NCBI GenBank assembly: GCA_965153355.1
Contig: OZ231126.1
Location: 18,476,001-18,540,000, forward strand
Reading direction: 5' to 3'
DNA: 64,000 nucleotides
Origin: Flaccisagitta enflata
Lineage: Eukaryota
In this document: one piece after another, positions 25,435 through 38,029 of the stretch
How the letters are laid out: each line of letters opens with the position of its first letter
Position numbering within the stretch: position 1 is the first letter of the stretch
Translations under genes and position numbers: made by a program
The notes under the pieces: generated by a model
Told to the model about the DNA's origin: nothing
The model's input: only the letters and a program-made list of their open reading frames with translations
Databases searched by the model: none

Positions 25435-26826
25435 GGACAAGAGGGGCTAGCGGGGTAGGAATTGATATTGAGTCCTTTTTGCTCTTTGGTGAATCTACCC
25501 CTTCAATTTCCCCAGAAGCCCTTTATATATGTATATATGTATATATAAAGAGGGTTTTGAAGAATATGAGCAACCTTCAGAGCAGATAAAGAAAAGATGC
25601 TCAACATGTATTCTGACCCCGCTAGCCCCTCTTGTCACTGGTCTCTCCCTTATTGTGAACCATTTAGTCATTCAGTATGACTCAATCTGAGTCACTAAGA
25701 TGTAAGTACTTGACTATACTTCTGATTGACTGAACATGTCCTTTGTCGATGGTATTAAATCATGAGTCAGTCCCATTCAATAAATCATAATCAAATGTCT
25801 CAGTAGGTAAAGAGAAGCATCACAAAGGGTTAAAGCAAATGTCATAATGAGTAAACACAAATGTCACGATAGGTAAAGACAAATGCCAACTCTTCAACTC
25901 AATCACCATGGCCCTACCCTAAGAACATGTGAACTGCAACCACAGCCATGTCCAAACATGCACAACTGATTGTCTTAAATTGAGTCTTACTGAGTGACTG
26001 AATGGTCTCTCTGTCTCTCTCTATCTTTGAACTTGTGAACCATTATCACTGCCATCGCCAAACTTGTGCATCTAAATGTCTCTGATTGAGACATTCTAAT
26101 TGACTGACTGGGGCCTCTCTCTCTCTCTCTCTCTCAGGGAGAGACCAGTGACAAGAGGGGCTAGCGGGGTAGGAATTGATATTGAGTCCTTTTTGCTCTT
26201 TGGTGAATCTACCCCTTCAATTTCCCAAGAAGCCCTTTATATATGTATATATTTATATATAAAGAGGGTTTTGAAGAATATGAGCAACCTTCAGAGCAGA
26301 TAAAGAAAAGATGCTCAACATGTATTCTGACCCCGCTAGCCCCTCTTGTCACTGGTCTCTCCTTTATTGTGAACCATTTAGTCATTCAGTATGACTCAAT
26401 CTGAGTCACTAAGATGTAAGTACTTGACTATACTTCTGATTGACTGAACATGTCCTTTGTCAATGGTATTAAATCATACTCAGTCCCATTCAATGAATCA
26501 TAATCAAATGTCTCATTATGTAAAGAGAAGCATCACAAAGGGTCAAAGCAAATGTCATAATGAGTAAACACAAATGTCATGATAGGTAAAGACAAATGCC
26601 AACTCTTCAACTCAATCACCATGGCCCTACCCTAAGAACATGTGAACTGCAACCACAGCCATGTCCAAATATGCACAACTGATTGTCTTAAATTGAGTCT
26701 TACTGAGTGACTGAATGGTCTCTCTGTCTCTCTCTATCTTTGAACTTGTGAACCATAATCACTGCCATCGCCAAACATGTGCATCTAAATGTCTCTGATT
26801 GAGACATTCTAATTGACTGACTGGGG

Positions 26827-26912
<86 letters not shown>

Positions 26913-27602
26913 GGAGAGACCAGTGACAAGAGGGGCTAGCGGGGTAGGAATTGATATTGAGTCCTTTTTGCTCTTTGGTGAATCTACCCCTTCAATTTCC
27001 CCAGAAGCCCTTTATATATGTATATATGTATATATAAAGAGGGTTTTGAAGAATATGAGCAACCTTCAGAGCAGATAAAGAAAAGATGCTCAACATGTAT
27101 TCTGACCCCGCTAGCCCCTCTTGTCACTGGTCTCTCCTTTATTGTGAACCATTTAGTCATTCAGTATGACTCAATCTGAGTCACTAAGATGTAAGTACTT
27201 GACTATACTTCTGATTGACTGAACATGTCCTTTGTCGATGGTATTAAATCATGAGTCAGTCCCATTCAATGAATCATAATCAAATGTCTCAGTAGGTAAA
27301 GAGAAGCATCACAAAGGGTTAAAGCAAATGTCATAATGAGTAAACACAAATGTCACGATAGGTAAAGACAAATGCCAACTCTTCAACTCAATCACCATGG
27401 CCCTACCCTAAGAACATGTGAACTGCAACCACAGCCATGTCCAAATATGCACAACTGATTGTCTTAAATTGAGTCTTACTGAGTGACTGAATGGTCTCTC
27501 TGTCTCTCTCTGTCTTTGAACTTGTGAACCATAATCACTGCCATCGCCAAACATGTGCATCTAAATGTCTCTGATTGAGACATTCTAATTGACTGACTGG
27601 GG

Positions 27603-27658
<56 letters not shown>

Positions 27659-28349
27659 GGAGAGACCAGTGACAAGAGGGGCTAGCGGGGTAGGAATTGA
27701 TATTGAGTCCTTTTTGCTCTTTGGTGAATCTACCCCTTCAATTTCCCCAGAAGCCCTTTATATATGTATATATGTATATATAAAGAGGGTTTTGAAGAAT
27801 ATGAGCAACCTTCAGAGCAGATAAAGAAAACATGCTCAACATGTATTCTGACCCCGCTAGCCCCTCTTGTCACTGGTCTCTCCCTTATTGTGAACCATTT
27901 AGTCATTCAGTATGACTCAATCTGAGTCACTAAGATGTAAGTACTTGACTATACTTCTGATTGACTGAACATGTCCTTTGTCGATGGTATTAAATCATGA
28001 GTCAGTCCCATTCAATGAATCATAATCAAATGTCTCAGTAGGTAAAAAGAAGCATCACAAAGGGTTAAAGCAAATGCCATAATGAGTAAACACAAATGTC
28101 ACAATAGGTAAAGACAAATGCCAACTCTTCAACTCAATCACCATGGCCCTACCCTAAGAACATGTGAACTGCAACCACAGCCATGTCCAAATATGCACAA
28201 CTGATTGTCTTAAATTGAGTCTTACTGACTGACTGAATGGTCTCTCTGTCTCTCTCTATCATTGAACTTGTGAACCATAATCACTGCCATCGCCAAACAT
28301 GTGCATCTAAATGTCTCTGATTGAGACATTCTAATTGACTGACTGGGGC

Positions 28350-28396
<47 letters not shown>

Positions 28397-28969
28397 AGGG
28401 AGAGAATGACAAGAGGGGCTAGCGGGGTAGGAATTGATATTGAGTCCTTTTTGCTCTTTGGTGAATCTACCCCTTCAATTTCCCCAGAAGCCCTTTATAT
28501 ATGTATATATGTATATAAAGAGGGTTTTGAAGAATATGAGCAACCTTCAGAGCAGATAAAGAAAACATGCTCAACATGTATTCTGACCCCGCTAGCCCCT
28601 CTTGTCACTGGTCTCTCCCTTATTGTGAACCGTTTCGTCATTCAGTATTACTCAATCTGAGTCACCAAGATGTAACTTCTTGACTAAGTTTCTGATTGAC
28701 TGAACTTGTCCTTTGTAGATAGTATTAAATCATGAGTCAGTCTCATTCAATGAATCAAAATCAAATGTCACAGTAGGTAAAGAGAAGCATCACAAAGGGT
28801 TAAAGCAAATGTCATAATGAGTAAACACAAATGTCACAATAGGTAAAGACAAATGCCAACTCTTCAACTCAATCACCATGGCCCTATCCTAAGAACATGT
28901 GAACTGCAACCACAGCCATGTCCAAATATGCACATCTGATTGTCTTAAATTGAGTCTTACTGAGTGACT

Positions 28970-29048
<79 letters not shown>

Positions 29049-29725
29049 GGAGAGACCAGTGACAAGAGGGGCTAGCGGGGTAGGAATTGGTATTGAGTCC
29101 TTTTTGCTCTTTGGTGAATCTACCCCTTCAATTTCCCCAGAAGCCCTTTATATATGTATATCTGTATATATAAAGAGGGTTTTGAAGAATATGAGCAACC
29201 TTCAGAGCAGATAAAGAAAACATGCTCAACATGTATTCTGACCCCGCTAGCCCCTCTTGTCACTGGTCTCTCCCTTTTTGTCAACCATTTAGTTGTTCAG
29301 TATGACTCAATCTGAGTCAGCAAGATGTTCCTACTTGACTCAGTTTCTGATTGACAGAACATGTCCCTTTGTAGATGGTTTCAAATCATGAGTCTGTCTC
29401 ATTCAATAAATCAAAATCAAATGTCACAGTAGGTAAAGAGAAGCATCACAAAGCGGTAAGGCAAATGTAATTAGTAAACACAAATGTCACAATAGGTAAA
29501 GACAAATGCCAACTCTTCAACCTAATCTCCATGGCCCTAGCTGAAGAACATGTGAACTGCAACCACAGCCATATCAAATATGTACATCTGATTGTCTAGA
29601 ATTGAGTCTTACTGAACAACTGAATGGTCTCTCTCTTTCTCATAAAACTTGTAAACTACAACCACTGCCATTGCCAAATACGTCCATCTGATTGTCTCTG
29701 ATTGAGACATTCTGATTGACTGAGT
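24530..29725. repeat. About 650-775-bp tandem repeat, about 7 copies, each with (CT)n and a 229-bp TIR element
   Basis: TIR-element starts at 24685, 25433, 26136, 26911, 27657, 28397 and about 29047. TIR is AGGGAGAGACCAGTGACAAGAGGGGCTAGCGGGGT. Confidence 0.95.
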
Positions 29726-29789
29726 GGGTCTTTTTCTCTTGTTTTATAACCGCCCTTTCCTAACGGACCGCCCTTTCCCAACCAACAGA

Positions 29790-32700
29790 CTAGGCAAACA
29801 AGTTATGTCTCCCTTTATCTTACCTTTTGTGACATCTGCTGTTACCCTTTGTTACCTCTTTTCACCATTTGTGACATTGGTTTCTACTTATTGTTGTTTT
29901 CGTTTTTTTTTGTGACAATAGTTCTTATAGACTGATAAACAGAATGGAACACAGGCAAATAAGTTATGTCTCCCTTCATCCTTCCTATTGTGACATCTGT
30001 TGTTACCCTTTGTGACATTGGTTTTTACATATTGTGACATTTTTTTTATTGTGACAATAGTTTTTACAAATAATGAAATTTCTTGTTTAACATTGTGACA
30101 ATCAATATAATGAAATGTCACAAAATAAACATATGATTCATTTCAGCTGGGTCTTAACATAATGGGTGGTCAAAAAAAGTAACCTTGGTCACTTCTTTTT
30201 TGACCACCCTTTCCCAACCAATGGACCAAGGAACCAATGCACTGATACATAGACTGACATACAGGCAGAATCCCTTCATCTACCTTATCGTGACATCTGT
30301 TTTCACCCTTTGTGACATTGATTTTTATATATTGTCCCAAATATGTTTCATTGTGACAAAAACTTTTACTGATCATAAATTTCTCATTCATTAGTGTGGG
30401 AATTGATAAAGACAAATGGCACAAAATTGATGTATAACTCCTTTCAGCTTGATCACCCCAGAACAACTTATTGATTAAGGAACCAATCCACTGATAAACA
30501 GAATGTCATATAGGCAAACAAGTTATGTCTCCCTTTATCTTATCTTTTGTGACATCTGCTGTTACCCTTACTGACATTGGTTTTTACATATTGTGGCAAT
30601 TTTATTTCATTGTGACAATTAATTTTACTGATCATAAAAATTTTTGTATAGTAGTGTGACAACTGATACAGACAAATGGCACAGACTGACACAGAGGCAA
30701 ACAAGTTATTGCTCTGTTTATCTCAGCTTTTGCGACGTCTCTTTTTACCATTTGTGACATTGGTTTCTACCTCTTGTCGTATTCGGTTCTTTTTGTGACA
30801 AGAGTTTTTACAGACTGATAAACAGAATGGCACACAGGCAAATAAGTTATGTCTCCCTTTATCCTACCTATTGTGACATCTGTTGTTACCCTTTGTGACA
30901 TTGGTTTTTACATCTTGTGACATTTTTTTTTATTGTGACAATAGTTTTTATAAATAATGAAATTTCTTGTTTATCAGTGTGACAATCAATTTAATGAAAT
31001 GTCACAAAATAAACATATAATTCATTTCAGCTTGGTCTTTACATAATGGGTGGTCAAAAAAAGTAACCTTGGTCACTTCTTTTTTGACCACCCTTTCCCA
31101 ACCAATGGACCAAGGAACCAATGCACTGATACATAGACTGACATATAGGCAGACAAATTATAGCTCCCTTCATCTCACCTATTGTGACATCTGTTTTCAC
31201 CCTTTGTGACATTGATTTTTATATATTGTCGCAATTATGTTTCATTGTGACAAAAACTTTTACTGATCATAAATTTCTCATTTATTAGTGTGGGAATTGA
31301 TAAAGACAAATGGCACAAAATTGATGTATAACTCTTTTCAGCTTGATCACCCCTGAACAACTTATTGATCAAGGAACCAATCCACTGATAAACAGAATGT
31401 CATATAGGCAAACAAGTTATGTCTTCCTATATCTTATCTTTTGTGACATCTGCTGTTACCCTTAGTGACATTGGTTTTTACATATTGTGGCAATTTCATT
31501 TAATTGTGACAATTACTTTTACTGATCATAAAATTTCTTGTATAGTAGTGTGACAACTGATACAGACAAATGGCACAGACTGACATAGAGGCAAACAAGT
31601 TATTGCTCCCTTTATCTCAGCTTTTGCGACGTCTCTTTTCACCATTTGTGACAACGGTTTCTACTTATTGTCGTATTCAGTTCTTTTTGTGACAAGAGTT
31701 TTTATAGACTGATAAACAGAATGGCACACAGGCAAATAAGTTATGTCTTCCTTCATCCTACCTATTGTGACATCTGTTGTTACCCTTTGTGACATTTGCT
31801 TTTACATATTGTGACATTTTTTTTTATTGTGACAATAGTTTTTACAAATAATGAAATTTCTTGTTTATCAGTGTGACAATCAATATAATGAAATGTCACA
31901 AAATAAACATACAATTCATTTCAGCTTGGTCTTAACATAATGGGTGGTTAAAAAAAGTAACCTTGGTCACTTCTTTTTTGGCCACCCTTTCCCAACCAAT
32001 GGACTAAGTAACCAATGTACTCATAAACAAAATGACATATAGGCGAACAAGTTATGTCTCCCTTTATCTCACTTATTGTGACATCTGTTGTTACAATTTG
32101 TGACATTGGTTTCTATATATGGTGGCCTTTATTTTCTCATTTTGACAATAGTTTTTTAAAAATAGTGAAATTTCTTGCTTATGTATAAGAATCAGGTAAA
32201 ACAAATGTCACAAAAATGAATATTAACCTCTTTTTAACTAAATCACTGCATAATGGGTGGTCAAAAAAAGTAACTTTGGTTACTTCTTTTTTGACCATCC
32301 ATTACCAACCAATGGACCAAGAAACTAATGCACAATTTGACAGACTGACTTAGAGGAAGACAACTTATGACTCCTTTCATCTTACATATTGTGACATATG
32401 TTTTCAGCCTTTTTGACATTGGTTTCTAAACATTGTGGTATTTATTTTTCATTGTGACAACACTATCTACTAATCATAAAATTTCAAAAAAGACAAATGT
32501 CACAAAGTTGATGCATAACTTTATTCAGATTGATCACCCCAGATCAAGGTACCAATACACTGTAGAACAGACGGACATGCAGGCACACAAGTTATCGATT
32601 ACTTCATCTCACCTATTGTGACATCCGTTATCTTTTGTGACGTCTGTTGTTACTTTTTGTGACATTGGTTTTTACACATTGTGACACTTATGTTTTTCAT

Positions 32701-33200
32701 TGTGATAATAGTTTATATAATAGACTGACATGCAGGCAAGCAAGTTATCGCTCCCCTCATCTCAGCTATTGTGACATCCGTTTTCACCCTTTGTGACATT
32801 GGTTTCTAAACATTGTGGCACAATATGGATGCTTACTCCTTTCAGCTTGATCACCCTTGATCACACTTGATAAACAGACTGACATGCAGGCAGACATGTT
32901 ATCAATTACTTCATCATACCTATTGTGACATCTGTTATTAGCTTTTGTGACATTGGTTTTTACATATCATAACGACTATGTTTTTCATTGTGACAATAGT
33001 TTATACCAATAATGAGATATCTTGCTTATTGGTATGACAATCGGTAAATACACCTGTCACAAAATGCATGTTTAACTCTTTTCAACTTGATCACAACTGA
33101 CCAATCTATGGACCAACAACCCAATGCACTGTTAGACAGACTAACAGACATATTATGTGGCTCCCTTCCTCTTGCTTTATGTGACATTTATTTTCTCCAA
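29790..33200. repeat. About 890-bp higher-order tandem repeat built from TGTGACA-rich subrepeats
   Basis: TAATGGGTGGTYAAAAAAAGTAAC recurs at about 30160, 31044, 31938 and 32251. The array decays to the right. Confidence 0.85.
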
Positions 33201-33557
33201 TAATGTCATTGGATTTATTCTTTTCATAAAGCTGAGTCGCACGGTACATTCTAAGCGGGCAAGAAGGTGGAATACTTATCCAGACCCCAAGAATGAGACA
33301 AATGGAACTTTCTTACTGAGAAAAAGAGATGGATGAACAAGCTAGGAAAGCTGCATATATTGAGTCATTTACTATTGTGACACAGTGTCACAGCCCTGTG
33401 ACGTTTTCCAGAAAAACGTCACAAGCCTCCCATTGGATTGTATGGGGAATTTTTCGCGGAATGTAACACTAAAACTTACTGAAACATGGTACAATTGGTA
33501 CATCCGTAACATCAGCTTATCCCTGAAGGCAACATTGCACAGGAGCTCAGGTCGATA

Positions 33558-34154
33558 TAACCATGAGTGCAATAAAAATGGCCGATTTTTCAACAGCTTT
33601 GAGCACAGGTTTTGGTCAAAAGATTCTTGGGACCATCCTAAAATTCATGCATTGTAGAAACATATCAAAATTATCTTTCATATGAGTCCATGCAGCAAAT
33701 TTTTTCTCAATTCTTTTAGAAAATATGACAGATTAAGGGCTAACAACTAAATTGCCACCTCATGAAAAAAGGGCTGAATTTGTCACTCGGATTTTCTGAA
33801 ATGTTTTAGATGAGTAAAAATGATAGAAGATCTTTATCGATTTCAATGAAATTTTAGGGGCTAGTTGACCTGTATTTGCCTCAATATCAATTCAATTTTT
33901 ATCAATATCGGGCAACGTCTTCTGTGATTTTTTATGGAACTTTGTAAAAACACCATGGGCAGTTTCAAAATTAAGCGGTTTTGTTAATCTTACTCTCATT
34001 TGCATATTCATTGAGTTACTGGTCTCGCAAAATTTTCAAATGAAAGATCGTTTGAAGGGCTTTCAAGGTGTCATGAATTTTGCCATGTTCAGATGAATTT
34101 TTGATCCTTTACAGACCTTTTAAAAATCGGCCATTTTTATTGCACTTATGGTTA
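33558..34154. mobile_element. MITE with about 32-bp TIRs
   Basis: TAACCATGAGTGCAATAAAAATGGCCGATTTT ... AAAATCGGCCATTTTTATTGCACTTATGGTTA. Confidence 0.8.
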
Positions 34155-35681
34155 GTCAAGTTTGAAACCATCAAAAACCAGCAAGAATGGAAAGGGACGA
34201 GAACAAACGGGTGTGTCAAAAACTGTCATTAAGCAAAAGATTTTTTGATGAAACTATCAATTTTAAGCAGCCTGGCATTCAAAACCCTCAATTTCTTTTT
34301 TCTTAAATCTAATTTATCTCCTTTTAAAATGAAAAACAACTGCAATTTAGCCCCATGTTTACATTATCCCATGAGGATCGACAACCAATTATTTCACTAT
34401 TATTTTTAGTCGCGTGCACGCCACTCTACAACCCGCTTTGTCCGTTGGTCGGTCGGTTGGTCGGTCGGTCGGTCACACTTTACTTTTTTTTATGATTTTA
34501 TTACTTTGACCTCCCTGCTCCTGCCCAAATGGTCTGGTGACCTCAAATATGGCCCCTGCCCACCCGCACGCGACTTCGGTAGCCGTGTATCCGGCCTTGT
34601 TTCTTCAAACCGTGAAGAGGTAGCAGTATAGCACTATAGCACTTTTGACACATGTCCAACAATTTTACAGAACAAGGCCGGATACACGGCTAATGCAGTC
34701 GCGTGCTCGGTGGGCAGGGGCCATATTTAAGGTCACCAGACCATTTGAGCAGGAGCAACGAGGTCAAAGGAAAAAAACCAATAGAAGTAAAATATAACGG
34801 ACCGACTGACGGACCGATGGACCAACGGAGGTACAAAGCGGCGTGTTGAGCACGCGACAAAAAATAAAACTCTAACCAACACAGGCAGCTAGCGCAGGGG
34901 ACCGAGGGACATTAGCGTTATTGGCCGGTCGCGCAACGATGGGTGGACACGGCCTCTTAAATAGTAATATACCTCGCAATAGCGCAAGAATAGATACCAA
35001 TCTAACCAAAATTTCATATTTGGAAAAAGCGAATTTCCGTTACTCCCGGGTCCTTTACCGCGGTCCGCGGGGTGTAACTATATAACTGGACGTGCGTCTA
35101 CCACGCGAATCAGAAAAAAAAGATGCACCTTTTTATTAAATAACAAAAACAGATAAAAAAAACAATTTGAATTAATTTCTGTTGAGTCTGTCGAGTGTTT
35201 AAAGATTTTCAAAAATTTTTTCATTCTAGACCAATCCTAGGTCTGTATCTCAAACGGTTTAGAAGCTAGAACTCTGCAAAAAGAAGCATTATTTTACTAA
35301 AATACACTTTTTACATATATATTGCGAAACTGAAATAGGCAACATTTTTACTCAAACTGATGCCATTTGTAAACAAAAAAGGATAGCAATGCCAGATTAG
35401 TGCCGAATGAAATCACTTTCAATTGGCTTTATTGGCGTTATTAATTCTTAGACCTATCCTAAGCTTCATCAGACCTATCCCTAGCTCTATCAAACCTATC
35501 CCCAGCTCTATCAGGCCTATCCGGAGCTAAATCAGACCTATCCGGAGCTCTATCAGACCTATACTGAGCTCTATCAGACCTATCCCCACACCTATCCGAC
35601 CTATCACCAGACCTATCCGACCTATCACCAGCTCCATTAGTTCTAACCGTAGTCAGGGGTTCAGGCCTAAAAATTAGGATA

Positions 35682-36935
35682 TGAATCAAGGTGGGATACA
35701 AAGGGAGAAGAAAGAAGAGAATTTTCGTGATATGTGAAACTGAAAGCATCGATCATTGGCCTCTCTTGGGCCGCTACTCAAAAGAGAGAAAGCAAATGAA
35801 CAAGTGACGCGGGGTTACAATATTGTTGCGGACGGTTGGTCAGAGGCACCAAACCCCCACCCACCCCCCACCCCCGCCACACTCAAACATACACAAAAAC
35901 CTATCTAAAATGCTGGTTTTCCCACTTTTCAACTCTATGACGCTGGATGGACCAATGGACGGACAAACCCTCTTATTGAGTTGCGTGTCCGCAACTAAAA
36001 GACGAAAGAGAAAAAAAACAAAGAAAAAAGAAGAAAGAAGAAGTAGAAGAAGTAGAAGAAGAAGAAGTAGAAGAAGAAGAAGTAGAAGAAGAAGACGAAG
36101 ACGAAGACGAAGAAGAAGAAGAAGAAGAAGAAGAAGAAGACGAAGAAGAAGAAGAAGAAGAAGAAGAAGAAGAAGAAGACGAAGAAGAAGAAGAAGAAGA
36201 AGAAGAAGAAGAAGAAGAAGAAGAAGAGGATGCAAAAGAAAAAGAAGAAGATGCAAAAGAAAAAGAAAAAGAAAAAGAAAAAGAAGAAATCAAGAGGAAA
36301 GACTCATTGAATCAAGGTGGGATACAAAGGGAGAAGAAAGAAGAGAATTTTCGTGATATGTGAAACTGAAAGCATCGATCATTGGCCTCTCTTGGGCCGC
36401 TACTCAAAAGAGAGAAAGCAAATGAACAAGTGACGCGGGGTTACAATATTGTTGCGGACGGTTGGTCAGAGGCACCAAACCCCCACCCACCCCCCACCCC
36501 CGCCACACTCAAACATACACAAAAACCTATCTAAAATGCTGGTTTTCCCACTTTTCAACTCTATGACGCTGGATGGACCAATGGACGGACAAACCCTCTT
36601 ATTGAGTTGCGTGTCCGCAACTAAAAGACGAAAGAGAAAAAAAAACAAAGAAAAAAGAAGAAAGAAGAAGTAGAAGAAGTAGAAGAAGAAGAAGTAGAAG
36701 AAGAAGAAGTAGAAGAAGAAGACGAAGAAGAAGAAGAAGAAGAAGAAGAAGAAGAAGAAGAAGAAGAAGAAGAAGAAGAAGAAGAAGAAGAAGAAGACGA
36801 AGAAGAAGAAGAAGAAGAAGAAGAAGAAGAAGAAGAAGAAGAAGAAGAAGAAGAGGATGCAAAAGAAAAAGAAGAAGATGCAAAAGAAAAAGAAAAAGAA
36901 AAAGAAAAAGAAAAAGAAGAAATCAAGAGGAAAGA
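35682..36935. repeat. 626-bp direct tandem duplication containing (GAA)n
   Basis: Copies start at 35682 and 36308 and are nearly identical apart from microsatellite length. Confidence 0.9.
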
Positions 36936-37640
36936 GGAAGAACGGGAGACAGGAAAACAAACAAGGCCGGATACACGGCTACCGAAGTCGCGTGCGGGTG
37001 GGCAGGGGCCATATTTGAGGTCACTAGAACATTTGGGCAGGAACAGTGGAGTAAAAAAAAATAAAATCATAAAAAAAGGAAACGTAATGGACCAACTGAC
37101 CGACCGACGGACAAAGCGGGTTGATGAGTCGCGTGCACGCGACTAAAAAAAAAACAAAGATGGAGAAGAAGGAGAAGTTTATGAGGAAGGAGGTGAAGAA
37201 GTGGAAAAAATAGAAGTGGAGAAAGATTAAAGAAGAACAAGTCGCGTGTGGGACATAAAAAACTTAAGATGGCTTTAATTGACTTTAAATGACTTAAGAT
37301 GACTTTAAATGATGTAAACTGACTTAGTAACACATAACATGATGTAAAATGACTTAAAAAACTAAAATGACTTGATTGACTTTAGTGACTTATAACAGCT
37401 TAATACGACTTAAAATGACTTAGATTGTCTTAGAACGACTAAAAATGACTAATAATGACCTAAAATGCCTAGAAACAACTGAAAGTAATAAGAAAAGGAA
37501 GGTTTGACGGACGGACGGACAAAGCGGGTTGTAGAGTCGCGTGCACGCGACTAAAAAGAAGGCAAAGAAGCAATACAGTAGATGAAGAGGAAGAAATAGT
37601 GGAAGAGGAAGAAAAAGAAGAACAAGAAAGAGAAGACTGA

Positions 37641-37883
37641 GGGCAAGATTCGAGATTCGCCGGGCCAACTATAGGAAATATGTCCAAACCCTGTCACACT
37701 GATTTTTCACTTTTACCTAGGGATTTTTATTACTCTGGAATGATGAAGTGTTATTTTTATGGCTCGTGAACTGAAAAAAGATATTAAAACACCCATAGAT
37801 AAATAATAAATCAGTGAAATACTGAGGTCATAAAGTGTGAACACATTTCTTATTGTTGGCCCGGTGAATCTCGAATCATGCCT
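37641..37883. mobile_element. About 240-bp MITE
   Basis: GGCAAGATTCGAGATTCGCCGGGCCAAC ... GTTGGCCCGGTGAATCTCGAATCATGCC. Confidence 0.7.
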
Positions 37884-38029
37884 GAGACAAAGTAGAAGAA
37901 AAAAAGAGCAGAAGAGGGAGAAAAAGAAGAATAAGAAAGAGAAGAAGAGGAAGATCCGCGAGTCTTTTGGTTCATCGCCATCGCTCCCGAAACGGCCTAT
38001 AACGGAAGCACTTGCGCCAATAGCGGATA

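Noticed and set aside
35823..37070. Poly-R, poly-L, poly-S and poly-F ORFs
   Set aside because: These are (GAA)n tracts within a duplicated repeat.
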